DNA from: Nannocystis bainbridge
GTDB lineage: Bacteria; Myxococcota_A; Polyangia; Nannocystales; Nannocystaceae
Length of the DNA stretch: 64,000 bases
Direction: 5' to 3'
NCBI RefSeq assembly: GCF_028368995.1
Contig: NZ_JAQNDL010000001.1
Span: forward strand, 2,688,001-2,752,000
The position numbers and the translations under genes were made by a program. Shown here one piece after another: positions 28,177 to 37,468 of the stretch (its first letter is position 1; the number at the start of each line of letters is the position of its first letter). The notes under the pieces are model-generated. The model was not told where the DNA came from. It did not search any database and saw only the letters and a list, made by a program, of their open reading frames with translations.

Positions 28177-31017
28177 ATGTCCGCGCTCGCGCAGCGACTG
28201 GCCGAGTTCGCGGCCCGCGTCGGCTCGCTCGTGGGCGCCGGGCCGGGCGACGCCCGGGCCTTCTGCGACGGCCTGCTGCGCGCCTTCGGCTGGCCTGACC
28301 TTCACCATGCCGGCGGCCAGTTCGAGCCGCCGAACCGGCTGCTCCTCGGCTCGACCTTGCTGCTCGAGCTGCACCCGCGCGGCACCGACCTCGCCCGCCA
28401 TCGCGCGCCGCTGTTCGAGCACTGGCAGTATCACACCGCCCACCCGCGCTACGTCGCCCTGTGCGAGTTCACCGGGCTCGAGCTCCACGAGTTCGCCGTG
28501 CAGCTGCACGAGCCCGTCGATCGCCTCGCCGTCGCCGACCTCCCGCGCGACCACGCCGCCCTGACCTTCCTCCTGCCCGAGCCGCAGCCGCCGCGGTTTC
28601 GCAACGATCGCGTCGCCGTCACCCGCGACGCTGCCGCGCGGATCACCGCCGTGTTCGACCGGCTCGTCGCCCGCGGCGTCGACCGCGACCGCGCCCGCCG
28701 CTGCAGCCTGCGCATCGTCCACGCCCTGTTCGCCGCCGACCTCGGCCTCCTCCCGCGCACGTCCCTCGAGTCGCACCTGCACGAAGACGCCGCTCTCGAC
28801 CCCCTCTCGGCCGACGAGCGCGACCTGCTCGCCCACGCCGCCGCTGCCGACTGGTCGCGCGTCCAGCTGCCCGTGTTCGGCGCCCTGTTTCAGGCCGGCA
28901 TGGACCCAGGCCGCCGCCACGCCCAGGGCGCGCACTTCACCGGCGAGGCCGACATCCAGCGCCTCGTCCTGCCGACCCTCGTCCGTCCCTGGCGCGAGCG
29001 CATCGCCGCCGCCGACTCGCCTGCGGCCTGGCTCGCCCTCCACGCCGAGCTCACCGCCCTGCGCGTGCTCGACCCCGCGTGCGGCAGCGGCGACATCCTC
29101 CACGTCGCCTACCGCGAGCTGCTCCGGCTCGAGGCCGAGCTGCTGGCCCGGCTCCACGCCGAGCTCGGCCCCGTCCCGCTCCCGGCCCGCGTCTCGCTGG
29201 CCAACCTCGCCGGCATCGACCGCGACCCCTTCGCCATCGAGCTCGCGCGCACCACCCTGCACCTCGCCGACGCCTATGCCCGCCGCGACCCCGGCCTGTC
29301 CCTCGAGACATCTGATTCCCGCGAGCTCGGCCTGTCCCTCGAGACATCTGATACCCGCGACCCCGGCCTGTCCCTCGAGACATCTGATGCCCGCGAGCTC
29401 GCCCTGTCCCTCGAGACATCTGATTCCAGCGTGCCCGGCGACCTCCGCCGCGCCGACGCTCGCCACGCGATCGGCCTGTCCCGGGAGACATCCGCGCGCC
29501 CCGACCTGCGGATCGCCGACGCCCTCTTCACCGACTGGCCCCCTGCCTCCGTGATCCTCGGCAACCCGCCGTTTCAGGCCAAGAACAAGATGCAGCGCGC
29601 CTTCGGCCCCGAGTATCTCCGCCGCCTGCGCGCCGCCTACCCGCAGGTCTCCGGCCGCGCCGACTACTGCGTCTACTGGTTCCGCAGGGCCCACGACCTG
29701 CTGCCGCCTGGCGGTCGCGCCGGCCTCGTCGGCACCAACACCATCCGTCAGAACGAATCACGCGACGGCGGCCTCGGCCACATCGTCGCCACCGGCAGCA
29801 TCACCGAGGCCGTCGCCGCCGAGGTGTGGTCCGGCGACGCCGCCGTCAACGTCTCCATCGTCAGCTGGGTCAAGCAGAGCGAAGTCCGCGGGAAAAAATA
29901 CCTCTCGTGGCAGACCGGCGACGCCGCCCACAGCCCGTGGCAGACCGTCATCGTCGACCGCATCGGCCCCGCGCTCAGCCCCGACACCGACGTCAGCGCC
30001 GCCACCCCGCTGCGCGCCAACCTCGTCGCCGGCTGCTATCAGGGCCAGACCGTCGGCCACGACGGCTTCCTGCTCGCGCCTGCCGAGGCCCGCCGCATGC
30101 TCGCCGGGGCCCCTGGCGACGCCGCAGTGCTGTTCCCCTACCTCGGCGGCGACGACCTGCTCGGCCGCAAGGACGGCGGCCCTGGCCGCTGCGTCATCGA
30201 CTTCGGCGAGCGCGACCTGCCCGCGGCCCGGGCCTTCGCCGCCCCGTTCGCGCGCGTCGCCGCGGCCGTCTTGCCCGACCGTCGCCGCGCCGCCGCCGAT
30301 GAGCTGCGGCGCAACGCCGAGGTCGCGCAGGGCCACCCTCGCGCCCGCGTCAATCGCCACCACGCCGGCTTCCTCGATCGCTGGTGGCAGCTGTCCTGGC
30401 GGCGCGGCGAGATGCTGGCCGCGATCGCTGCGCTGACCCGCTTCATCGCCTGCGTGCGCGTCACCCGGCGCCCGATCTTCGAGTTCGTCAGCCCGCAGAT
30501 CCGTCCGAGCGACGCCCTGGTGGTGTTCGCCCGCGACGACGACTACTCGTTCGGCGTCCTGCAATCGGCCCTGCACTGGCAGTGGTTCGCTGCCCGCGGC
30601 TCCACCCTCAAGCGCGACTCTCGTTACACCTCGAGCACCGTGTGGGGCGCCTTCCCCTGGCCGCAGGCCCCGAGCGCCGCGCAGGTCCGCCAGATCGCCG
30701 TGGCCGCCCGCCAGCTCCGCACGATCCGCGCCGCCGCCCTGCAGCAGCACAGCCTGTCGCGCCGCCAGCTCTACCGCACGCTCGACCGCCCCGACCGCAC
30801 CCCGCTGCGCGACGCCCACGAGGCGCTCGACGCGGCCGTGCGCGCCGCCTACGACCTGCGCGGCGACCCGCTCGGATTCCTCCTCGAGCTCAACCGCGAC
30901 CTCGCCGCCCAGGAAGCGTCCGGCGCCGCGATCGTCGGCCCCGGCCTCGACGCCCTGAGCCCGAGCCCCGAGCTACGCGCCGCCTGCACCTCGAGCGACT
31001 GCATCACCCCGGCCTGA
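28177..31017 (+). CDS. MmeI-like (type IIL) adenine DNA methyltransferase with degenerate N-terminal nuclease domain
   Basis: GAHFTGEADIQRLV, VLDPACGSG (motif I), ILGNPPF (motif IV), ADYCVYWFRRAH, GLVGTNTIRQ, FGVLQSALHWQW, RYTSSTVWGAFPWP. Confidence 0.88.
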   Translation: MSALAQRLAEFAARVGSLVGAGPGDARAFCDGLLRAFGWPDLHHAGGQFEPPNRLLLGSTLLLELHPRGTDLARHRAPLFEHWQYHTAHPRYVALCEFTGLELHEFAVQLHEPVDRLAVADLPRDHAALTFLLPEPQPPRFRNDRVAVTRDAAARITAVFDRLVARGVDRDRARRCSLRIVHALFAADLGLLPRTSLESHLHEDAALDPLSADERDLLAHAAAADWSRVQLPVFGALFQAGMDPGRRHAQGAHFTGEADIQRLVLPTLVRPWRERIAAADSPAAWLALHAELTALRVLDPACGSGDILHVAYRELLRLEAELLARLHAELGPVPLPARVSLANLAGIDRDPFAIELARTTLHLADAYARRDPGLSLETSDSRELGLSLETSDTRDPGLSLETSDARELALSLETSDSSVPGDLRRADARHAIGLSRETSARPDLRIADALFTDWPPASVILGNPPFQAKNKMQRAFGPEYLRRLRAAYPQVSGRADYCVYWFRRAHDLLPPGGRAGLVGTNTIRQNESRDGGLGHIVATGSITEAVAAEVWSGDAAVNVSIVSWVKQSEVRGKKYLSWQTGDAAHSPWQTVIVDRIGPALSPDTDVSAATPLRANLVAGCYQGQTVGHDGFLLAPAEARRMLAGAPGDAAVLFPYLGGDDLLGRKDGGPGRCVIDFGERDLPAARAFAAPFARVAAAVLPDRRRAAADELRRNAEVAQGHPRARVNRHHAGFLDRWWQLSWRRGEMLAAIAALTRFIACVRVTRRPIFEFVSPQIRPSDALVVFARDDDYSFGVLQSALHWQWFAARGSTLKRDSRYTSSTVWGAFPWPQAPSAAQVRQIAVAARQLRTIRAAALQQHSLSRRQLYRTLDRPDRTPLRDAHEALDAAVRAAYDLRGDPLGFLLELNRDLAAQEASGAAIVGPGLDALSPSPELRAACTSSDCITPA
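29284..29499 (+). repeat. In-frame 36-bp tandem repeat (4 copies + 1 degenerate) in the methyltransferase, each carrying TGTCCCTCGAGACA
   Basis: RDPGLSLETSDS/RELGLSLETSDT/RDPGLSLETSDA/RELALSLETSDS; motif at 29297, 29333, 29369, 29405; variant TGTCCCGGGAGACA at 29477. Confidence 0.95.
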
Positions 31018-31248
31018 CTCGCTCGACCGTTCCGACCCACGACCGATCGGCATGCGCACCCTCGCAGCCCGACCCGAACTCGTGTCGCCTGCGAATCACC
31101 CTCGGCCCGCCCAGCCACGGGCTCCGAAGTCGTGCCGACCGTGAATCCGTCGCGCGCGCCTCACGGCCCCACACCGGGCCGCCCGTGCATCCGACTCTCG
31201 GGCCTCGCGCCCTCCACCAAACCCGCGAATCGCCCGCTCGCGGCCCGC

Positions 31249-31944
31249 TCAGCCGCGGGGCCACATCTTCGTGCCCTTGCGGCCCCACACGAACGACACC
31301 CCGAACGTGAACTCGCCGTGGTGCCCGTAGCTCAGCTCTCCGCCGGCCGCCTTCGCGTACGACGGCGTCACGATGTCGCGGCCGTCGACGCGGATCGCCA
31401 CCCACTTGCTGACGTAGATCTTCAGGCCGCCGCCGACGTGGAGCGCCCCGTCGACCTTCTTGCCGATCAGCTCGTCCTTCGACGAGCCGCCGAACATCCC
31501 GCCGCCGGCCACCAGGAACGGCGTGATGCGGGTCGGCAGCTGCAGGATCACGTGGGCGCGCAAGCCGAACAGCACCGCTCGCTTGCCGTCCTCGACGTCG
31601 ACCTTGGTCGGCGACACGTTGCCCTCGACCTCGACGCCGACGAAGCGGACCGGCAGGTACGCCAGGCGCAGGCCGATGTCGAAGCCGGTCTTGAACGGGC
31701 GCGCCGGGATCGGCGGCTCGACCCCGTAGAGCCCGTGGTCCTTGGCCGGGAACAGCGCCCCCATCAGCCAGCCGACCTCGATCATGTGCAGCTCTTTGCG
31801 CCACGCCGGCAGCGGCTTCTCGGGCTTGGCCTCGACCTCCGCTTCGGCCTCTGCGGCCGGCTCGTCGGCGCGGGCCAGCGACGGCAGGGCCAGGGCGGGA
31901 ACCAGGACGGAGGCCAGTACGAGGACTTTCGGCATTCGCGGCAT
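31249..31944 (-). CDS. Outer-membrane beta-barrel protein (OmpA-like transmembrane domain)
   Basis: Signal peptide; GLRLAYLP, VGVEVEG, TPFLVAGGG, HVGGGLKIY, AIRVDGRD, EFTFGVSFVW. Confidence 0.8.
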   Translation of the reverse strand: MPRMPKVLVLASVLVPALALPSLARADEPAAEAEAEVEAKPEKPLPAWRKELHMIEVGWLMGALFPAKDHGLYGVEPPIPARPFKTGFDIGLRLAYLPVRFVGVEVEGNVSPTKVDVEDGKRAVLFGLRAHVILQLPTRITPFLVAGGGMFGGSSKDELIGKKVDGALHVGGGLKIYVSKWVAIRVDGRDIVTPSYAKAAGGELSYGHHGEFTFGVSFVWGRKGTKMWPRG

Positions 31945-32033
31945 GCGGGCTCCGGGCGAGGCGGACCATCATGTACCGCGAAGCCGGGCAAAAGACGAGC
32001 CCCCACGCGCCCGCAGCCGCACCGCGGACCGGT

Positions 32034-32795
32034 TTATGCGCCTTCGAGCCGGAACTTGACCTCGGCCGTCGCCGGCTGAGGCCCTGGCACCGTCGCCTGC
32101 TCGCGGCACAGCGTCCAGCCGTCGGCCCCGACCAGCAGCGCCGTCGACACGCGCGTGCCGTAGCCCGGCATGGCGATGCACAGCGGCGACAGGGCCCGCT
32201 CGAGCTCGAGCCCGACGCCCGTGTCGGGCAACTCCGCGTCGGCCGCCGGGGTCGTATCGGCCAGCATCGCCGCGATCGCCGACGGACTCATCCCCTCGCC
32301 CGCCAGCAACCCCGCCAGCCCCGCCTTGCCGCGCACCACCTTCGGCCATGGCGTATCGAGGGCCGCGTTGCTGAGCCCGTACAGGCCCGGGCCCAGGCGC
32401 CGCCGCTCACCTGTCTTGTTGTTCATGTACCAAACGCCATCCCGGTCGCCGCACACCAGGTTGAACCCGGCGTAGCGCTCGCCGGCGATCGCCGCCACGT
32501 ACTCCCCGGACCCCGCGCCCCCGCGCAGGTAGTCGGCCACCAGCGCCCCGCGCGAGACGACGCCCGCGCGCACGTCGGCCGGGTCGCGCACGTTCGTCAG
32601 CGCCGCCCAGCGGCCCGCGCGGGTCACCCCGCACCACGTCCCGCCGGCCTGCAGGTCGCGCCCGGCGAACAGCTGCGGGGCCTCGCGCCACCACCCCGCC
32701 GGCGCCGTCTCGCGGGCGTAGAACTCGTCGCGGTTGGCCGCCAGCACCAGCGGGTAGCGCGGGTGGACCCCCACCGCGAACAGCAGCGTGCACAT
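32034..32795 (-). CDS. NRDE / TANGO2 family protein
   Basis: MCTLL...LAANRDEFYARET, GRDLQAGGTW, SRGALV, GLSNAALDTPWPKV, YGTRVST. Confidence 0.93.
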   Translation of the reverse strand: MCTLLFAVGVHPRYPLVLAANRDEFYARETAPAGWWREAPQLFAGRDLQAGGTWCGVTRAGRWAALTNVRDPADVRAGVVSRGALVADYLRGGAGSGEYVAAIAGERYAGFNLVCGDRDGVWYMNNKTGERRRLGPGLYGLSNAALDTPWPKVVRGKAGLAGLLAGEGMSPSAIAAMLADTTPAADAELPDTGVGLELERALSPLCIAMPGYGTRVSTALLVGADGWTLCREQATVPGPQPATAEVKFRLEGA

Positions 32796-35700
32796 TCAGC
32801 CCTCGCCCTTCTGCCCGCGCAGCCGCCGGCTCAGCCGCGTCAGCGCGGTCCCGGCGTCATCGAACAGCGAGTACGCGACCGGCACGATCAGCAGCGTGAT
32901 CAGCAGCGACAGCGCCTGCCCGCCGATGATCACCTTCGCCATCGACGCCCGCGAGGCCGCCCCTGGGCCCTTGCCGAGCGCGATCGGGATCATGCCGGCG
33001 ATCAGCGTGATCGTCGTCATCAAGATCGGCCGCAGGCGGGTCTTGTTGGCCTCGACGATCGCCACGTCGCGCGCCTCGCCGCGCGCGCGCAGCGTATTGG
33101 TGTAGTCGACCTGCAGGATCCCGTTCTTCTTGATGATCCCGAACAGCATGAACACGCCGAACGTCGAGTAGATGTTGAGCGTGTCGCCGAGCAGCATCAG
33201 CGACAGCAGCGCGAACGGCAGCGACAGCGGCAGCGACAGCATGATCGTCACCGGGTGCAGCAGGCTCTCGAACTGCGCCGCCAGGACCATGTACATGAAC
33301 AGGAACGACAGCGCGAGCGCCCCGAGGAAGCTCGTGATCGTCTCGCTCATCGTCTTGGCGCGGCCGCTGAACACCACCTCGTACTCGGGCGGCAGGTCGA
33401 GCGTGGCGACCATCGCCTTGACCCTGTCGACCGCGTCGCCGAGCGGCAGCCCGTCGAGGTTGGCCCCGATCTCGACCTGACGGATCCGCCCCAGCCGATC
33501 GATCTGCGCCGGCCCGCGCTCGCGCTCGAACTCCGCCAGCGCCTCGAGCCGGATCAGCCCTCCGCGCGCCTGCATCGGCAGCCCGCGCAGCGAGTCGAGG
33601 TCGCGCCGGTCCTCCGGCCGCAGGCGCAGCCACAGGTCGTACTGCTCGGCGCCCTCGCGGATCTTCGAGATCGGCTCGCCGCCGACCATCGTCCGCAGCG
33701 CCGCCGCGATCTCGCCGGCGCGGACCCCGAGGTCGGCCGCGCGGTCGCGGTCGATCTTGACCCGCACCTCCGGCTTGCGCACCGCCGCCGACGAGTCGAT
33801 GTCGACGAGGCCGGGGATCTCCCGCATCTTCGCCAGGATCGTCGCGGTGTACTCGCCGAGCTGGTCGAGGTCCGGCCCGCGCAGCGAGAAAGCCAGCTGC
33901 GTGTTGCGCCCGCCGCCGCCCATGCCGCCCAGGTCCTGCACGCTCGGGCGCAGGTCGGGGTACGGCCGCAGCGCCTCGCGGGCCTGCTTCTGCACCGCCA
34001 TCAGCGGGTAGTCGCGCTTCTCGATGTCGATGACCTGGACGTAGATCTGGACCTCGGTGACGTCGTCGCCGCCGCGGGCCGCGCCGATGCTGGTGAACAT
34101 CCGCTCGACCCCGCGGAGCTCGCGGAGGTGGCCCTCGATGCGCGCCGCCATCGCCGAGCTCGCCGCCAGGCTCGAGCCCTCGGGCATCGTCAGCACCACC
34201 ATGAACTCGCTGGTGTCGTCCTTGGGGATGAAGTCCTTGCCGATGCGCTGGCCCAGCGGCACCACCGTCGCCACCGTCGCCAGCGAGGCCGCCACCACCA
34301 GCCAGCGCCACTGCAGCGACCAGCGGACCAGCCAGGCGTAGCCGCGGTCGAGCCCGTCGTTGAGGCGCGCGACCAGGCTCGGCTTCGCGTTCGTCCTCGG
34401 CTTCGGCGGCTTCAGCAGGCGCGCGCACAGCATCGGCGTCAGCGTCAGCGACACGAACAGCGACACCGCGATCGAGAACGCCGTGGTGATGCCGAAGCTG
34501 CGCCAGAACCGGCCCACGCGGCCCTCCATGAACGCCGTCGGCAGGAAGATGACGATCAGCGAAAGCGTGGTGGCGAACACCGCCAGGGTGATCTCGCGGG
34601 TGCCCGCGATCGCGGCGGCCACCGGCGGCTCGCCGTGCTCGACCCGGCGGTACACGTTCTCGAGCACCACGATCGCGTCGTCGATGACGATGCCGACCGC
34701 CAGCGTCAGCGCCAGCAGGGTGAAGTTGTTGAGCGTGTAGTCGAGCGCGCGCAGGACCGCGAAGGTCGTGATGATCGAGCACGGGATCGCCAGCGCCGCG
34801 ATCAGGGTCGAGCGGATCGAGCCCATGAACAGCAGCACCGACACGCTGGCCAGCAGGGCCCCGAGGACCAGGTGGAGCTCGACCTCGTGGATCGAGCGGC
34901 GGATGAAGCGCGAGGCGTCGCGGATCGGCGTGACCTCGATGTCGGCCGGCAGGCCGCGCTGCAGCGTGCCGATGCGCTTGAAGATCGAGTCGACGACCTC
35001 GACGGTGTTGGTGCCGGCCTGCTTCTGGACCACCAGCGCGACCGCGTTCTCGCCGTCGAGCCGCGACAGCGAGCGCGGGTCCTCGGTGCTGTCCTCGACC
35101 TCGGCGATCTGCCCGAGCACCACCGGCGCGCCCTGCCGCTCGGCCACCACCAGCCGCCGCAGCTCGCGCGCGTCCTGCACGCGGGCCATCGTCCGCAGCA
35201 CCTCCTCGCGCCCCGAGCTCTCGAGCCGCCCGCCCGGCAGCTCGAGGTTCTGCTGCTCGATCGCCTGCCGCACCTGCTGGATCGACAGCCCCTGGGCCGC
35301 CAGCGCGTCGGCGTCGAGCAGCACGTTGAAGGCCCGCCGCTGGCCGCCGACCAGCTGGATCTGCCCGACCCCCGCGACCCCCTGCAGCGGCTCCAGCACC
35401 TGCTTGCGCGCCATCTCGGTGACCTCGCGCAGGTCGCGGCGGTCCGACGAGACCACCAGCGTGATCACCGGGATCGCCGTCGTGTCGAAGCGGGTGACCA
35501 CCGGCGGGTCTGTCCCTTCGGGCAGGTTCTTGAGCGCCGCCGCGACCTTGTCGCGCACGTCCTGGGTCGCCTGGTCGCGGTCGCGGTCGAGCAGGAAGTT
35601 GATCGTGACCACCGACACGCCCTCGAGCGACGTCGAGCGCAGCTCGTCGATGCCCTCGGCGGTGCTGACCGCGTCCTCGACGATCTTCGAGACCTGGGTC

Positions 35701-35879
35701 TCGATCTCCTCCGGGCTGGCCCCGCGCAGGGTGGTCGTCACCGTGACCACCGGGATCTCGACGTCCGGGAACTGGTCGACCCCGAGCGTGCGGAACGACA
35801 GCACCCCGAAGGTCACGCACGCGAGGATCAGCATCAGGGTGAAGACCGGCCGGCGGACGCAGATCTCCGACAGCGTCAC
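32796..35879 (-). CDS. RND efflux transporter permease (AcrB/MdtBC family)
   Basis: RRPVF, GASPEEIE, VGIVIDDAIVVLEN, LAAQFES, KNGILQVD, RLRPILMTT. Confidence 0.95.
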   Translation of the reverse strand: MTLSEICVRRPVFTLMLILACVTFGVLSFRTLGVDQFPDVEIPVVTVTTTLRGASPEEIETQVSKIVEDAVSTAEGIDELRSTSLEGVSVVTINFLLDRDRDQATQDVRDKVAAALKNLPEGTDPPVVTRFDTTAIPVITLVVSSDRRDLREVTEMARKQVLEPLQGVAGVGQIQLVGGQRRAFNVLLDADALAAQGLSIQQVRQAIEQQNLELPGGRLESSGREEVLRTMARVQDARELRRLVVAERQGAPVVLGQIAEVEDSTEDPRSLSRLDGENAVALVVQKQAGTNTVEVVDSIFKRIGTLQRGLPADIEVTPIRDASRFIRRSIHEVELHLVLGALLASVSVLLFMGSIRSTLIAALAIPCSIITTFAVLRALDYTLNNFTLLALTLAVGIVIDDAIVVLENVYRRVEHGEPPVAAAIAGTREITLAVFATTLSLIVIFLPTAFMEGRVGRFWRSFGITTAFSIAVSLFVSLTLTPMLCARLLKPPKPRTNAKPSLVARLNDGLDRGYAWLVRWSLQWRWLVVAASLATVATVVPLGQRIGKDFIPKDDTSEFMVVLTMPEGSSLAASSAMAARIEGHLRELRGVERMFTSIGAARGGDDVTEVQIYVQVIDIEKRDYPLMAVQKQAREALRPYPDLRPSVQDLGGMGGGGRNTQLAFSLRGPDLDQLGEYTATILAKMREIPGLVDIDSSAAVRKPEVRVKIDRDRAADLGVRAGEIAAALRTMVGGEPISKIREGAEQYDLWLRLRPEDRRDLDSLRGLPMQARGGLIRLEALAEFERERGPAQIDRLGRIRQVEIGANLDGLPLGDAVDRVKAMVATLDLPPEYEVVFSGRAKTMSETITSFLGALALSFLFMYMVLAAQFESLLHPVTIMLSLPLSLPFALLSLMLLGDTLNIYSTFGVFMLFGIIKKNGILQVDYTNTLRARGEARDVAIVEANKTRLRPILMTTITLIAGMIPIALGKGPGAASRASMAKVIIGGQALSLLITLLIVPVAYSLFDDAGTALTRLSRRLRGQKGEG

Positions 35880-37117
35880 GGCGCCTTCCCCTTCTCACCT
35901 GCCCCTGCGGGCATGTCCTTCGCGACAGGCACCGCCGCCGGCCCCGCGGCCTTCGTCTCCGCGCTTTTCTCGGCTGCCCCTGGGGGCATGTCCTTCGCGC
36001 CCTGTCCCTCGGGACCTGTCGCTGCGGGCATGTCCTTCATCGCGCTCGGGGCCACCGGCGTGCCCGGGGCGATCGTCGCCGGCCCGCGCACGATCACCGA
36101 CGCGCCCGGCGCCAGCCCGAGCACGATCGCGTCGCCGCCGTCCTCGGCGATCAGGTCGACGTCGTGCGCCACCGCGACCCCGTCCTCGACCCGCATCACC
36201 CGGTCGCGGCCGAGCACGTGGAACACGGCCGCCCGCGGCACGCGCACGCTGCCCGGCTCTTGCCCGAGCGACAGCGTCGCCACCGTGAACATGCCCGGGC
36301 GCAGCACGCTGCCCGCCGGCGAGAACACCGCCTCGACCGTGAACGTGCGCGTCGTCGGCGACACCACCGGCGACACCCGCGTGACCGCGGCCTGGGCCGC
36401 GCCGGAGCCCTCGGCGATCTTCGCCCCGGCCTCGCCGGGCTCGCCGACCAGCGAGTCCTTGAGCGTGATCGTCGCCGGCGTGCCGACCTGGACCAGCGCC
36501 GCGTAGCGCTCGGGCACCTCGACGGTGAGCCGCAGGCGATCGTCGGCGACCAGGTCGAACAGCGCCGTGCCCGGCTTCACGTAGGTCCCCGGGGCCACGT
36601 GGCGGGCCGCGATCGCCCCGGCGAACGGCGCCCGCACGGTCGTATCGCCGAGCTGCCGCGACGCCTGCGAGCGCTGCGCCCTGGCCCCCGCCAGCCGCGT
36701 CCGCGCCCGCTCGAGCTCCTCCTGCGTCGCCACCCCGCCGAGGCTCTCGAGCCGCTTCACGTCGCTGTCCGCCTGCGCCAGCGAGGCCTCGACCTCCGAC
36801 ACCCGCGCGCGGTAGTCGATCGGCCGGATCGCCGCCAGCTCTTGCTCGCGGACCACGCGATCGCCGAGGTCGACCTTCACCTCCGTGATCGGCCCCTCGA
36901 CCCGCGCCGCCACCTGCACCTTCTCGAGCGCCGCCAACGTGCCCGAGAGCGTCAAAATTCGCGGATGCGGCGCGGCCCGGGCCTCCGCCACCTCGACCGC
37001 CCGCGGCTGCGGCCCGGAGGCCGTCTTGCCGGCGTCGGCCGGCGCGCTCGTGCACGCGGCGGCCAGCACGGCTGCGAGCAGGACGACGCGCGCGGGGGCG
37101 AGCGGCACGGCCCTCAC
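35876..37117 (-). CDS. RND periplasmic adaptor (membrane fusion protein), lipoprotein
   Basis: LAAAC lipobox, VAARVEGPI, VRAPFAGAI, TRTFTVEA, LRPGMF; start estimated at GTG 37117. Confidence 0.88.
   Translation of the reverse strand: MRAVPLAPARVVLLAAVLAAACTSAPADAGKTASGPQPRAVEVAEARAAPHPRILTLSGTLAALEKVQVAARVEGPITEVKVDLGDRVVREQELAAIRPIDYRARVSEVEASLAQADSDVKRLESLGGVATQEELERARTRLAGARAQRSQASRQLGDTTVRAPFAGAIAARHVAPGTYVKPGTALFDLVADDRLRLTVEVPERYAALVQVGTPATITLKDSLVGEPGEAGAKIAEGSGAAQAAVTRVSPVVSPTTRTFTVEAVFSPAGSVLRPGMFTVATLSLGQEPGSVRVPRAAVFHVLGRDRVMRVEDGVAVAHDVDLIAEDGGDAIVLGLAPGASVIVRGPATIAPGTPVAPSAMKDMPAATGPEGQGAKDMPPGAAEKSAETKAAGPAAVPVAKDMPAGAGEKGKAP
35898..36040. repeat. Two 14-bp-period arrays encoding the adaptor's C-terminal tail
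   Basis: Nodes 35898/35912/35926 and 35973/35987/36001/36015/36029; three GGGCATGTCCTTC copies give KDMP x3. Confidence 0.82.
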
Positions 37118-37267
37118 ACTGTCCCGCGGCGCCGCCGCGGTCAAGCGGGAGCCGCCCCTGCGACCACGCGCACCGCCCCGATCGGCGCGACGTCGCGTCC
37201 GCCGCGCTCCGGCCTCATCCGTCGCCGCCACCGACGAACGACAAGTCGCGACGCTCGGCGAGTCGGA

Positions 37268-37460
37268 CGCGAGCCCACGATCCGTCCGAGTCAGCACGCG
37301 CGACGACCATCCTCGCGACAGCCGCCGAGGCCTGTCCTGGCCGTGGGTACCTTCCACTTCGGGACGAAAAATAGCGCCGCTGCGGCGAGCCAGCGCGAGC
37401 GAGCGATCCGTCCCGGCCATGCGCGGCGACCATCCTCGTGATGAGCGCCGAGGTCTATGC
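37268..37460 (+). repeat. Imperfect direct repeat pair of about 65 bp in a divergent intergenic region
   Basis: CGCGAGC...CGATCCGTCC...GCGCG(A/G)CGACCATCCTCG...CGCCGAGG starting at 37268 and 37394. Confidence 0.65.
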
Positions 37461-37468
37461 TCGCGGCG

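Noticed and set aside
28100-28180. CCCATG repeats upstream of the methyltransferase as a 14-bp array
   Set aside because: Spacings are 61 and 13 bp and the flanks do not fit the TGTCC/GGACA consensus
29284-29427. 36-bp repeat as a CRISPR repeat
   Set aside because: The length is CRISPR-like, but units are directly adjacent without spacers and lie in frame inside a CDS
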